Assembly (NCBI GenBank): GCA_964016885.1
Contig: OZ024742.1
Coordinates: 206,894,001 to 206,958,000, forward strand
Reading direction: 5' to 3'
From: Eledone cirrhosa
Lineage: Eukaryota
Length of the DNA stretch: 64,000 nucleotides
Shown here: positions 12,961 through 26,949 of the stretch, in pieces
Layout of the letters: each line of letters begins with the position of its first letter
How positions within the stretch are numbered: the stretch's first letter is position 1
Program-made: the position numbers and the translations under genes
The notes under the pieces: generated by a model
Told to the model about the DNA's origin: nothing
Seen by the model: only the letters and a program-made list of their open reading frames with translations
Database searches by the model: none

Positions 12961-13543
12961 TGTTTCATAGATTATATTCGTCATACTAAGTTGGTCTTTC
13001 AGCCCTCATCATTTTAAACAAACAATTTACTGTGTTTATTTCTATATATTATAAAATGCTTGGTTTTTATACTTAGAGCTTATTAATTACAGGGTATTAA
13101 TATGAGTGTTTAACTGCCTTTTATTTGAATTTTGGTTCCTTGTTTTGTTGAGCTTACAAGTTGAGTGAATTTAGGCTACTATTTCTAGCCATTTTACAAT
13201 CCCCTCACGCCACTTTGAACTGCCTGACACATGAGGTAATTTATTCCCTCGTGTGTTATTTAGTTACCTACTTTACCTTAGGTGTTTGTCACATATAATC
13301 TTGTCTCCTGCTGAAGATGCCTTAGGATTATCTGTTACAAACACAAATTTCAAGGCAAAACAGATTACATCCCTAATCTGTCCAGGAGATTAATAGTTAT
13401 TGAAATGGTTTGTACATTTTAATTTATTTTTTTATCTTGTATTTTTCATTTGTTTCATAGATAATATTCATCATACTAAGGTGGTCTTTCAGCCCTTGTA
13501 ATTTTAAACACACATGTTACTGTATTTATTTCTATATATTATA
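12961..13543 (+). mobile_element. 490-bp unit with ~93-bp terminal direct repeat containing a hammerhead (retrozyme or PLE pLTR-like)
   Basis: 12961-13053 is repeated at 13451-13543, with the ribozyme at 13304-13389 between them. Confidence 0.7.
13304..13389 (+). ncRNA. Type I hammerhead ribozyme motif (G12 to A substitution)
   Basis: tctcctg CTGAAGA t gcctt...aaggc AAAAC agatta-catccc-taatct GTC^ caggaga. All three stems pair; GAAA reads AAAA. Confidence 0.8.
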
Positions 13544-13550
13544 TATTTAT

Positions 13551-13778
13551 ATAGTAAGTAGAATCGAAGTCAGAGTTGCAGCATATGTACAAACTTTATT
13601 AGCATATTACAATTATTTAGATATTGATCAGCTCAGGGTAAAATCATAATAACGGGGTCTGACTCTTCTTCGACATCTCCTCAGACATGTGAGTTTATAT
13701 GTACAAAGACAACTCATAACATCATTGAGTGCTTTGAACAGCACACTACCTCTAACTGTAGTAACACACCTAACTAAT
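13551..13778 (-). mobile_element. Possible solo LTR
   Basis: TAGT...ACTA termini lie within TA runs. On the minus strand a TATAAA-like motif precedes AATAAA. No internal domain supports the call. Confidence 0.3.
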
Positions 13779-16700
13779 ATATATATATATATATGTATAC
13801 ATATGTGTGTATGTGTGTGTGTGAATGTTTTAGGTGGATTAAGACAGACTCACCTATCTTAAAATATCTATTTACATTTAAGTGGATTAATACTTTCACT
13901 TGTCATATTTGTGGGCAAAAGAGGACATAGTAGAGTGCTGTTGACATGAACCTTTAACGCCGTCTAACCCATGCTAGCGTGGAAGATGGACATTAAACGA
14001 TGATGATGATGAACATTTTAGCCTGATACCTCAACAGTTATTAATGGCTTGGTTAAGTATGACTCATCTACATATATGGAATAAAGCGAAAATTATCTAA
14101 TAAATATAAGCCATAAACCAAAGAACAAGCCACTTTGTGGTTACTCAACGTGCTGAAAATAACAAGGAAATCATCAGCATATCACATCCTATATTCTTAA
14201 CCCTTTTGTTACCATACTTTTAAGGAAGTACCCTATGTGTTTCAACTATTCTTGAAAATAGTCAAGAATGTTGAAAGGGATTTGGTAAAATAACTAACTC
14301 TCTGTTATTAGAAAATAACTTAACAAAGTGTTCTTTCATAAAATTAAGACAGAAGGTTTAGATATAAATATAAATACTTTAAGATGAGTCAATCTCAGAG
14401 TGATTTGGGAAAGGTTTGTGTAGGTATCAAAAGAGTTAAAAAAGGAAAGGGCACTGTAGATAACACTGTTCTAGACATACTCATATAAAGGCAAGGTGGT
14501 TACAGCCAGAATGTATTTGGTCATAGGCTGTATGACAACAACAACAGTATAAACTGCAAAAGACCAATGCTTCTGTTGGAGCTTGCAAGAAAGAGGAGTA
14601 CTAAATATATTTCTGAACCATGGTAGATTTTGTTGTTTAATATGTCAGCTCTGCTGGACCAGACTATCCATCTGTGATAATCAAGTTTTTTTATTCAGAC
14701 ATAATGTATCTAGGATTACATTATTCAATGTATCTTTTTAAAGATTTTTATAGTGTAGTATAGGGGTGAATAGCTGTTATTTCTAGTAAGTTGACTGGCC
14801 ACAATTCTTCAATAGATCACAGAGCAGATATATACATATATAGCATTGCAAAACAGTCATTAAAATAGTAGTAGTGATGGAATTTGTGATGTATAGTATA
14901 TCTACACTGGATCTCTCACATTCTCTATTATCATTAAGTCTGTATCCCCTATTCTCTTCATTGATCTCTTAACTACCATTTATTATAGGGCGTTGAATTC
15001 CAATATTAGTAGAGCGTCAGTCATCATGCTTTTTCAGCATAGAATTCTGGCCCTTTATGTTCTGAGTTCAAATCCAGCCGAGGTTAGCTTTGCCTTTCGT
15101 CCTTACAGGGTCGATAAAATATAGCACCAGTAATGCACTGGAGTCGATTTAATCGACTTTCCCCTCCCCTCAAATTGGGGGCTTTATACCTATAGTAGAA
15201 ATCATTATTTCTTCTATCCACTGTACCACAATGTCTGTGTAACAAAAATGTCTAATTAATTCCTCCATTATCACCCCTTATCACTTTACATCCATTTCAT
15301 GACCATCCCTTTATTACTCTACCTTTCTTTCATTGCAAAATTGTGTGATGACGGTTGCTATTAATTCTATCTATATCCAGTACCTTTACCATCAACATTC
15401 TCTACTGCTAGGCATAACTATCTCTTCTCCATGTAACTTTTCATGGACATTTATGACTCCTGGTTACTATCATCTATCTATATTGTTTTCCATGACTCAC
15501 TCTCTTACCATCATTCATTTTCATTGTAATTTACTATTCATGTTTTTAGTATTATTCTCCTTACCAACAACTAGCTGTAGCTATCACTTTGTCTTTTTAA
15601 TTACTCCTCCCACTACCATACTCTTATTTATACCACTTTGGTTTCCCCATAGCACCAATATTCTCTCTTCTTTCACCCTTTCTGTTCTGTTTGCCTTGAA
15701 AAAATAAGGACAACACAGAGTAGCAAGCACTCTTTGGTCTGGCAAAGGACGAAGTGACTTTTCTAATGCTGGTGCTATGATCAAATACACCTAGTGTACT
15801 CAGCAAAGCTGTTGTGGAATGAATGGAGACAATGTAGGCTAGAGCAGAGATTTTAGTCTTATTGAATACTTGAAATTTTTTTTTGTGCTGATGCTATCAT
15901 AAAATACATCCAGTACACCATGTGAAGCAGATGGTATTAGGGAGGGCATCCATCAGTAGAAATGTGCTAAAAATGGAGTCAATGAGCAAGATATATTTTT
16001 CTGGCCTGTTTGAATAAGAATTGACTCAAACCATGTTGATCCATCTAACACAAGCCATCGGGGAAAATGGGCAAAAGATGATGAGGAAGATGAGATATAG
16101 GCAGATAGATAAATAAATTGATAGGTAGGTAGATACATAGATAATATTGATTGATAGATAGATTTTAGTTGAAAGCTAATTATCAAAGCTCATTATTGAG
16201 ACATGAAAAGTGCACAAGAACCAACTATAAAAATAACAGAAAATCAAATGAAATATGATAATGAAGATAGAGATTATTTTAGCTTCTGGCTAATCATTAA
16301 AGATCATTAACATGTTTGGGGAAAATAGAAGTTGCAAACAGGGTGATTTCACTATATTGAAGTTAATTATCAGGCATCATTAACACCGAAGTTGTAATTA
16401 ATTTTTTTTTTTTTTTTTTTTCATTGGTAATGACTACAAAGAATGTCTTGATCAAATAGCTTTATCTTTGAATCCGAATACACTAAAATAGTTTGCTTGA
16501 GAATCAATCCTCCAATCACTGGACAAAATATCAGCCTGAAATAGTTAATCCCCCATCCAATTCTGAATTATGTCACTTGACATGAGAAATTGAGCTGTGG
16601 AACTTATAAAACACAGATTCTTTGACTGGTTGATTGTATGGAAATATGTAAAGACACCATTTTCAAACAATTCTACCCACATCTAAAACTTCCCTCAGGA

Positions 16701-19362
16701 GGTTAGTTACGGATTAATGTTGATCAACTAGAATCAAAATTCATGATGATGATGATAGACAAGAATACCTCAAATTATTGATATCAGAAATTCTGCTGAC
16801 TCATTTATTTGAAACAGCCATCATTTAACCCTTTTGATTGTTGATTTGAATTCAGAAATATTCAAACACTCCTAGAATGTCAGGATTCCATAAACTTCCA
16901 CTGAAAACGATGTTAAAATTGATGGATCTTTTATTCCTTCTTCAAATTTCTGTGGGTAAAAAAAGGAAAGAAACTATAAAAGAATAACAAGGAAAAGAAA
17001 AATATAAACATTTGCATAAATTTATTTTCTTTTGCAAATTTTTGTAAGAAAAAAATTAATATAAATGAAAATAAACGTATAAAAAGATTAAATATTAAAA
17101 CTTGTGTTATTTCAGGAATATGTTTTTGAACTATATTTGATTTTTCAAGTTTCCTTTTATTTGCTATTATATTTTTGTTCCCCACCTTCTCCCTCAGTTT
17201 TTTTTTCTTATGCTTTCAGTTGAATTATCTCTCCAGATTCCTAGAACATTTTGGCTACAATAAATTTCACCACTTAAAAAAAAAACTTCCACAGTCATAC
17301 ACAAGAAATACAACAAAAATAACAATAAACGAACAATAACAAGTACTAACAAAAAAGAAAGTAAAAAAAAAAGACATTTATTCTAATCTATTGGCCATGT
17401 ATCTTTGATGTGAAGTGTCTGTGGAGAGGACACATCTGAAATTGTGGAGTCTGTATGTGTATATATATATATATGGGTGTGGTATTAGAGTGTCTACTGG
17501 GTGGTGTGTAATAGAAAGATTTAAATTATGTGAGTTATATGAGAAGAGTGGAGGTAGATGGAAAGGGAGCTTCTTCTGTTTTCACTTCTTGCCTTTCTCT
17601 TTTTGCCACTTACTCCCCCTTCTCTCTCTTTCTCTCTCACACATATACTCTCTCTCTGTTTCTCTACTCTTATCTTGTTTCTCTGTCTTTCTCCTCTACC
17701 ATTCCACATTTTATTATTTTAAATTTTACCCATTCTCTCCACTTCATCCTACTTTACACTCTCTTTCTCTCACCCACTCTTTCTGTCTCCCTTTCTTTTT
17801 ACTCTTTTCTGCTACACTTCACAGCCTTCCTCCTCCTCTCTCTCTCTACTAGTCTCTCTCTTTCTTCCTATCAGTTCTTTCCACTTTATCCTTATTTCAT
17901 TCCTCTCTTTATCTTTAACCTCTTTCTTTTTAATGTCTATCTCTCCATTTTGCTCCATCCCCTCTCTTCTACACCCTTTTTTGTATCAATGGCCTCCTAT
18001 TTAACCCACTCTCTATGCAAATATATACAGCTCCCACCCTACCAACTTCCTTTTCACACAAAGTGTTTATTTTAAACCATTTCCCCAACTGGTAGCACAG
18101 CAATAACAACAGCATGAACATAACGACCCCCAAAACAAACAAGCATCATCACCATCTCAACTGCAACAACTACAAAACTATAAACAGTGCCACCTCAACA
18201 ACACAGTGATGGGTTATATTAGTGTTATTGGTGTTTACTCCAAGTCAGCTCTTATCAAGTGGATTTATGATCAAAAGCATTCCATTCATGACCATGATTT
18301 TTTTTCTTTTTTTTTTATATTAGGGACTACATTGTCCAGAGTGTTCTTTCTTTTTTAATTTGAAGGAATCTGCCTCCCATTTCTAGTGACCATATAGAAG
18401 CTCCTTCATTGGCTTGTATAGTTGATGATAATGCTGAAGACTGGTGCTGCTGCAACTGTTAATTATGGTAACAATGATGGTGGTGGCATTGGTGATGGTG
18501 ATGGTGAGAGAGTTATTGTGATAAGGTTGAGGATGAAGATGAATATAAGGATGTAGATCATGAGGTTGTTTAAACCCAGGTCAACTTTGATTCAGCAATC
18601 CTATCATTAAAAGCATTTCAACTATGACTATTAGCCCATCTATTTAGAGATATCTAAAGCTATATTACCCAATGTTTCCTTCCTTGTTTATGCCTCTGAG
18701 GTTGTGATTTGAGGGAAATTGGCAACTATTTCTAGCAGGTTGAGTAACCATACAGAGACATCCATGTTGGATGGATTAGGATGTTCTTATTGTTGTTTAG
18801 CTCCAGGGCAGCCTTAATAAAGTAAACTCATAATCAATAGCATTCCAGTTATCAACATCTTTTATTCAGACACTGTAAACTGGATTATGTAGAATGATTC
18901 CTTGGGGTATTTGCCCTATGTCATATTTTTAATATTCTTAATCGGCATCTCTACATTCCCTATCTATCTATCTATCATCATCATCGTCATCATCATCCTT
19001 TAAAATCCATTTTGCGTGCTAGCATGGGTTAGATGAGTTATGGAGTTGTTAGACCAATTGGTGCACATGCAAAAAGAATTTGGAGGGGAATAGGATTTCT
19101 GATTTTGCTGCTATTATTGTGTACACCCCACCCCATTTAAGTCCAAACACATCAGTCATAACTCCTTTGTAGGTGTTTTCTGTGGTTTTTGTTTTTTCTT
19201 TCGTTGTTTACATAGAGCAACTAAGTCTATACAGAGTAACTAATTCACCCTCCCACAGGGCAGAAAGAGCTATTCAGTAGAGTCTCTGACTGACAACCTC
19301 CCTTGTGCCTCAATAAAACAAAACATCCAGTATATATGTGTGTGTGTGTATATATATATATA

Positions 19363-20008
19363 TTAGAAATAAGAGGGATCAGATGTTGTTTACTCGAGAG
19401 AAGGCTACGTTGGTATGGACACGTGATGCGCATGAAAGTCAATAGCTGTATAACAAAGTGCAGGGCAATAAAGATAGACGGTAGACACGGAATAGGCAGA
19501 CCTAGAAAAACCTGGGACGAGCTGATAAACTCCGACCTCACACACTTACACCTCTCCAAGACAATGTCACTGGACCGAGACCTTTGGCGGTACTCAGTAA
19601 TAGAGAAGACCCGCCTTACGTAAATACATAGTAAAACCTACTACAGTCAGTAGGCATCTCTAACAAAATACACCCCCGTTCCACCACCCCCACCCCATCC
19701 ACACCGCCCCCTTCTATGTAAAGTTATGTTGGTGCCACACCATCCAGGCCGAAACAAATGAGATCGTGTAGGTGTCACGACAAAAAACACAGTCCACGCT
19801 GTAATGTGGCCGTGTAGGCAACACGGTAAAAACCTCCCAGACCCACACTGTAAATGTGGTTGGTGTTAGGAAGGGCATCCAACTGTAGAAAACCTGCCAA
19901 ACAGTCCTGTGCGAGCAAGACAATCACTCTTGCCTCAAGTGGGAAAACCCCCGTCCAAACCCATGCAAGCGTGGAACACGGACGTTAAACATTGATGATG
20001 ATGATGAT
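19363..20008 (+). mobile_element. RTE-clade LINE 3' fragment
   Basis: RRLRWYGHVMRM...GRPRKTW, followed by the family 3' UTR and a (GAT)n tail; flanked by TA repeats. Confidence 0.9.
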
Positions 20009-20102
20009 ATATATAGACACATGAGGTACACTCAAGAAGTTTTGAGACTTTTCCTTTTCGGGCACTTTTAATTGATCTATGCAACTCTAACACATCCTTG
20101 AT

Positions 20103-21945
20103 ATCATCATCATCATCATCATCATCACTGTTTTACGTCCGTTCTTCCACGCTAGCATGGGTTAGACGGGTTGTCCTGTTGTGGGCAGTGTCTGGTCGGC
20201 TGACCATGCCTTGCTCATACAGGAGCTGATTTGGCTTGAATTCTACAGCTGGATGCCCTTCCTAACACCGACCTCATTTACAGTGAGTGCTGGGTGCTTT
20301 TTCGTGGCGCCTATACGTCCACTTTACAGTGTGGGCTGGGTGATTTTTTGCTGTGGCACCTCCACGACCGCTTTGCGGTGGTGGTGGTGGTGGGGGGGGG
20401 GGCATATTGTCTATATGCTTCAGCTTGTACCCATGGGAGGTCGGGTACTCTGTATTACTGTGTGACGCCAGAGGTCACAGTTGTGTGTCATTGCCTTTGA
20501 GAGGTGTAATTGGGTAAGGTCGGCTTTTATCACCTCATCCCAGGTCATCTTGGGTCTCCCCACTCCGCGGTTTCCATCGACTTCTAGTGCTCTGCACCTT
20601 TTTATGCAGCTGTCATCCTTCATACGCATCACATGTCCATACCAGCGCAACCGCCTTTCCTGCACACAGCATTTGATTCCTCTTATGCTCAGTCTCTCTC
20701 TCAATTCATTTATGCTTTGTTGTTCATGTATATTACTGTTACACATCCATCGGAGCATGCAGGCTTCATTTCTCTCTAATCTACGTAAGTCTTCCATCTT
20801 CAGCGCCCAGGTCTCACTACCATGCAACATCGCTGTTCGGATACACGCATCATACAGTCTGCCTTTCATTCTGAGGGAGAAGCCTTTTGCAGCTAGCAGT
20901 GGTAGTAGTTCCCTAAACTTCTTCCATCCCGTTCTTACCCTAGTTATTGTACTTTCTGAACACTCACCTCTGCTGCTAATTCGGTCACCTAGGTAGCAGA
21001 AGCTGTCTACTGTTTCTACAGAGCCCTCCCAGAGATTGGTGGTACTTGTTTCCTGTGGCTGTTTGCTGCTTGCTGTCCCAGCACAGCTGCTGCATGTGAA
21101 GCCTACATTCTTAATTAAGCTTCCTGAGATCCCGCTACATCTCTTGTGTACCCATTGTTTGCATTTGGGGCAGAGAATGGAGTTCCTACCTACACCTTTC
21201 CTACATACTGAGCAAGGCCATTTCTCTGAGGGGATCTGGGTTCTGTTTTCTCGTCTACTTTCAAGGACCTTAGTCTTTGTCATGTTGACTTTGAGACCCT
21301 TTCTCTCTAGTCCCTGCTCATTTATTCTCTAGTTCTACCATAGATTCAGCCATAAGTGCGAGGTCATCAGCATACAGGAGTTCCATGGGCATCCAGTCTT
21401 AAACTCCTCCGTTATTGCCTGCAGGACTATGATAAACAGGAGGGGCTAAGAACAGAGCCCTGGTGGACCCCAACCTGTATGCTAAATTCCTCGCTATACT
21501 CATTGCTAATCCTAACTTTGCTGACTGCTCCCCTATACATGGCTTGTACCGCTTTCACAAGCCATTCATCTACTCCTAGTTTTCTAAGAGCCCACCAGAT
21601 TACAGCATGTGGAACTCTGTCAAAGGCTTTCTCAAGGTCGACAAATGCCAAGTAGAGTGGCTTACTTTTAGCTAGGTACTTTTCCTGTAACTGCCTCACA
21701 AGGAAGAGAGCATCAGTGGTGCCTCTTCCTGGTACAAACCCAAATTGCATCTCGTCTATTTTCACCTGGTCCCTAATCAACTGTGCTATAACTCTTTCTG
21801 TTACTTTCATGACCTGGTCCATCAACTTTATACCTCTATAGTTTCCTCTATCTAGTGCATCACCTTCACCTTTGTAGCAGTTGACAATGATGCTACTGCA
21901 CCAATCTTTTGGTATGACACCTAGTATTACCTGGATTAACAATAT
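20103..21945 (-). mobile_element. 5'-truncated RTE LINE (RT, PHD-like finger, C-terminus)
   Basis: ORFs 21427-21942 (NYRGIKL, QFGF.PGRGTTDA, DLEKAFDRV, GVHQGSVLSP) and 20420-21283. The (GAT)n tail lies at ~20103-20127. Confidence 0.92.
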
Positions 21946-22124
21946 GTGTGGTTATAATGTGATCTACAGACCCAGATATGGTTAAAATAATAGCTTATTA
22001 TAACCATATCAAATGCCAAATCATTTTTTTTAGGTTCAAGGTTTAGGCTGTTATAGCACTTTAAACACTACCCATCATACACATCTTATCACAGTTGACA
22101 GGTTCCACAATGCAGCTGGGACAT

Positions 22125-23088
22125 GAGAACAACTTGGAGGCTCAATATGCAATAAAGTTTTGTATCAAGCTCAGCAAAAATGCTGCAGAAACCTATGAAA
22201 TGATGAAAACTGCTTACAGACTAACTTTCATGAGCCGGGTGACTGTTTTCTGCCGGCACAAGAGGTTCTAGGAGGGCAGGGAGCATGTGAGGGATGACAA
22301 GAGGTGTGTCAGGGAGAGGGACATCAGGATGCCAAAGATGATCGACAAAATTTGTAAATTTCTGGTTGAAGACTGCCGTGTATCTCTTCTGATGATTGCT
22401 AAAGAATTTGAAGTGGCTGATGGCACTGTGTACAGTCATTCATGTCAATGTGAACATGCACAAATTTGTGCAAAGTTTGTTCCAAGGGGGCTCAATGAAG
22501 ATCAAAGGCAGAGGTGCATGGATGACAGTAGGGAGATGGTTGAGTGGGTCACTTTGAATTCAAGTGTCCTTTAGTCTCTAGTAACCTGTGAGGAGAGCTG
22601 GGACTACTTTTATGATCCTGAGACCAAGCAGGCCAGGCAAAGCAGGTCAACTGGGAAACTCATGATGATCCCATTCTTTGACAGCAAGGGCATTTTATAC
22701 ATTCACTGTGACCCTACAGCCAGACAATCAACAAATTTACAGGTTTTGAGGTATTACAAGAGACGAGAACTCTCCAAGTCATGTCAGTGTTACCTGCACC
22801 AGCACAATGATCCCTGCCACAAATCTGTCCTAGCGGCCAACTACTAGGCCAATTTAAAGATCAAGACTGTCCTCCATCTTCCCTACAATACAGGCGTAGC
22901 CCCATGTGATTTCTGGATGTTCCTGATGCTTAAAGAGAAGCTCACTTTGAGGATGTGGAGGAGATGAGGAGGCTGTGATAAATGCCTTGGACACCTGTAC
23001 TTTGGAGGGCTACAAGGGGGCCTTCCACAATTAGCTGGAGTGCTACAAGTGCATGGAAGTTGGGCCATCCTACTTTGTGGGAGACTAA
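22125..23088 (+). pseudogene. Mariner transposase pseudogene
   Basis: Mariner motifs are spread across frames with stops and deletions (ORFs 22287-22574 and 22662-22847). Confidence 0.85.
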
Positions 23089-23191
23089 AGTTTTGTGTTG
23101 ATCTGAGTAAAATAAATTTCTCTCTGATAAAAGTTTCAAAACCTCTTGAGTATACCTCACGTATGAATATACAGTATATATATATATATAT

Positions 23192-24493
23192 AAATTCCAA
23201 ACATGGAAGCACGGCCTAGAATCAAAAGGCCTTAAAATTAACCTGTCTAAGACTAAAGTTCTAGTTTGTAGGAAGAAAAATAGGGCACTGGTCCCATCTG
23301 GGAAATGGCCATGCTCAGTGTGTAGGAAAGGAGGAGGCAGAAACTCCATTTTATGTCCAAAATGCAAAGTATGGGTGCATAAAAGATGTAGTGGGATCAC
23401 AGGTAAGCTAACTAAGAATATAGATTTTATATGTGGCCGGTGCTCTGGTGCAATAAGTAGCAGCAAGTGCCCACAGAATACTAGCTCATTCCATTGCACA
23501 GATGGTTCTATAAAAATAGTGGACACCTTCCGTTACCTGGGTGACAAAATCAGCAGTGGTGGAGGGTGCTCTGAAAGTACAGTAGCTAGAGTCAGAACGA
23601 GATGGAAAAAGTTCAGAGAGCTTATACCACTATTGGCCGCTAAAGGGTTCTCTCTAAAAATGAAAGGCAGGCTGTATGATGCCTGCATACGAACAGCAAT
23701 GTTACATGGCAGTGAGACTTGGGCATTGTGTGCAGAGGAAATACGCAGACTGGAGAGGAACGAAGCTTGCATGCTCCACTGGATGTGTAATAGTAATATA
23801 CATAAACAGCAAAGCATAAACGAACTAAGGGAGAAATTAGGAATAAGAGGGATCAGATGTTGTTTACTCGAGAGAAGGCTACATTGGTATGGTCACGTGA
23901 TGCGCATGAAAGATGAGAGCTGTATAAAAAAGTGCAGGGCGATAAAAATAGACGGTAGCCAAGGAGTAGGCAGACCCAGAAAAACCTGGGACGACTTGAT
24001 AAATTCCGACCTCACACACTTACACCTCTCCAAGACAATGTCACTGGACCGAGATCTTTGGCGCTACACAGTAATACAGAAGACCTGCCTTGCCTAAGTA
24101 TAAAGCGAAACCTACAGTCAGTAGGCACCTCTAACAAAAATACCCCCCCCCCCGTCCCAGTACCCCCACCCCATCCACACCACCCCTTTCAATGTAAAGT
24201 TATGTTGGTACCACAACATCCAGGCCAAAACAAATGAGGTCGTGTAGGTGTCATGACAAAATAAACACACAGTCCACGCTGTAATGTGGCTGTGTAGGTA
24301 ACACGGTAAAAACCTCCCAGTCCACACTGTAAACGTGGTTGGTGTTAGGAAGGGCATCTAGCCGTAGAAAACCCACCAGACAGTCCTATACGAGCAAGAC
24401 AACCAATCTTGCCTCAAGTGGAAAAATTCCCGTCCAAACCCATGCTAGCGTGGAAGATTAACGTTAAACGATGATGTTGATGATGATGATGAT
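23192..24493 (+). mobile_element. 5'-truncated RTE LINE
   Basis: ORF 23318-24097 (PHD-like finger, YLGD, ERRL.WYGHVMRM, GRPRKTW), 3' UTR and (GAT)n tail; TA runs on both sides. Confidence 0.92.
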
Positions 24494-24695
24494 ATATATA
24501 TATAAATTAATGAAATAATGAATATACAAAGAAACAGTTCCTTATATTAAAAAATTCATCATTTTACGATCGTTTCTAGGATATATATGTTAGTGTTGGT
24601 ATGCATATCCTATAGATCTATGTAAAATTTTTACAAACTATCAGAGGGAATATACATACCTACACATATATATGCTGTCATATATAATGATATTT

Positions 24696-25135
24696 GTTTA
24701 TTGAAAAAACCAACAAAGATTTAATACAATAGGTCTGTTTGGGAACAGGTTTTGAATTGACCAATAGAAAGATAGTGAAGGTCAAGATAGTAATATAGTA
24801 GTAAAAGAACCTTAATTTATGGGTAGAGGAAGGTAGATTTCAGTTTTGGATGAAAAGAATATTATGAATGAAAAATTATTTTAGGGATGAGAATAGGTCA
24901 TATGCTGACCTCAGAAATAATTATATTTGTTCATTGAATAAAACCAACAAAGATTTAATATAGTAGGTCTGTTTGGGAACAGGTTTTGAATTAACCAATA
25001 GAAAGGTAATAATTGGCCAAATAGTAAAATAGTAGTAATTGAAATTTATTTTGGGGTAGAAGAAGGCAGATTTCAGTTTTGAATGGAATGGGTATGAAGA
25101 ATGAAAAGTTTATTTTAGGGGTGAAAATAGGTCAG
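24696..25135. repeat. ~235-bp diverged tandem duplication
   Basis: 'aaaccaacaaagatttaata..taggtctgtttgggaacaggttttgaatt' occurs near 24706 and 24941. Confidence 0.85.
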
Positions 25136-25401
25136 GTCAGTAAAAGGTAACACGAAAAGTTGCTGTTATAAAAGAATAATGCCAATGTAAATATCTAAGG
25201 AGACTAAAATGTTACGATAAAAGTGTTAGTGAAAAAATATATATGGAATTTACATCTATGAAAATAAAATAAATTAATTTAATTGATGGGTATATTTATA
25301 TTGATAAAATTATATTAATGCTTATAGATATGATAAATAAGAGTTAGATGTAATTGAATAGTGGTGTTAAAGACGAGGGGGAATTTAAAAAAATATAAAA
25401 A

Positions 25402-25518
<117 letters not shown>

Positions 25519-25617
25519 TTAGGGGGGGGGGGTAAATTTATTAGTGAGAAATAATAAATATATAGAGATTTCAAGGAACATAGAATCATAACCTGAAATT
25601 AAAACATTATATATGTT

Positions 25618-25794
25618 GGATTGGCAGTATCGGTAGAGGGTCGGACGCCATGCTTTCCAGCATAGTTACGTCCCTCTACGGTCTGAGTTCAAATCCCGCC
25701 GAGGTTCACTTTGCCTTTCATCCTTACGGGGTAGATAAAATAAGTACCAGTAATGCACTGGGTAATTGCTGGCCTTGTGCCAAAAGTAGAAACA
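25618..25794 (+). mobile_element. tRNA-derived SINE with 12-bp TSD
   Basis: TSD attatatatgtt at 25606-25617 and 25795-25806. Confidence 0.9.
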
Positions 25795-25941
25795 ATTATA
25801 TATGTTTACTTAATGGTATCAATTTTAGGAAAAGATAGTTGTAAGAAGGAAAGTAAAATTATGAAGTTCATCAGTAGTAGAATATTAATTATTGGTTAAC
25901 TAAATTAAAAATAGTTTTTATATTAATTTCTAAAATGTATA

Positions 25942-26346
25942 TTAATTAGGTTTATAATATTTAAAGGTTTTTCTCAGTTTATGATTACACGATATTATTA
26001 ATTCCTGTCGCTTATTTAATAGGATATCCTTAGATTTCATTATTTCAAAAAGTTCTTGGGAACATAATCTACATTCATATCTATTATTTTGATAAGGGGT
26101 GGCCCTTTTGAGCACACTCCAGGTCAGGTCATAATCTATATTCCTCTTTTTATAATTATTAATTATTTCAGCTAGAGATGTTGTATTAGCTAATGCGGCA
26201 TTTTTAAAACTATGTTTGTGGGTATTAAATCTTACCTTAAATTGGTTAGAGGTAGCTCCTATATATGAATAAATTGAGTCCTTAGTGTTAACTTTACATT
26301 TATATACTATGAAAATGGAGAAAAATGGATCGCTGCGTGGTTGCAC
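25942..26346 (-). pseudogene. GIY-YIG endonuclease C-terminal fragment of a Penelope-like element
   Basis: IVYKCKV...SYIGATSNQFKVRFNTHKHSF...TSLA...WSVL...CRLC..E...LLNKR.E....C.H, typical of a PLE GIY-YIG domain. No RT is present upstream. Confidence 0.85.
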
Positions 26347-26858
26347 ATGGGTTACATTTGAATAAAATTAGTCCTTCATCAGTGATCTTCCAACTTTCAT
26401 TGTTATTTCATCGTTTTAAAAATCATATACCTCTGGTTGGTGCGAGCAATAACAAATAAAGTTATTGGGACAAGTAAATTAGGGTGAAACGAGTGAGACA
26501 TGTAAACAAATAACGATGGTATGGCAACAGAAAGATAGGAAGAGACAAGCACATGAAATCTGTAAGCTTAAGCTTGGTGAATTCATGGGCAAGAGATACA
26601 GACCATCCGACATGGGTGAGATGTGAGCGAGAAAAGGATTTCACACAGGTCAAACGGGAGGAAGTGAGAGAGGGGGAGAAGCAGAGAGTGAATGAGTGGA
26701 AGTGTGAGGAAGAGACCAGCAGAGGGAGAGTGTGACTGGCAGAGGGGGTAAAAAGGGGAGAGAGAGTAAGAAAGAAACAGACAATCGCAGCTGAGGAAAA
26801 ATTATAAATATGAGAAAAATGGAGCGCTGCGTGGTCTTAGCCGGATGGCTCGAACAGG

Positions 26859-26949
<91 letters not shown>

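Larger units (their letters stand above)
20020..23161 (+). mobile_element. Degenerate mariner transposon interrupted by an RTE insertion
   Basis: ~31-bp TIRs at 20020-20050 and 23131-23161. Transposase remnants read AIKFC..LSKNA.ETYEM, VT.EESW.Y.YDPETK, FFDSKG, HQHND.CH and PY...APCDFW.F. Confidence 0.85.

Noticed and set aside
16400-18075. Possible host exons or promoter (unique sequence, splice-like sites, CT-rich ORFs)
   Set aside because: No convincing reading frame or homology is visible, and the ORFs are low-complexity. RNA-seq would be needed.
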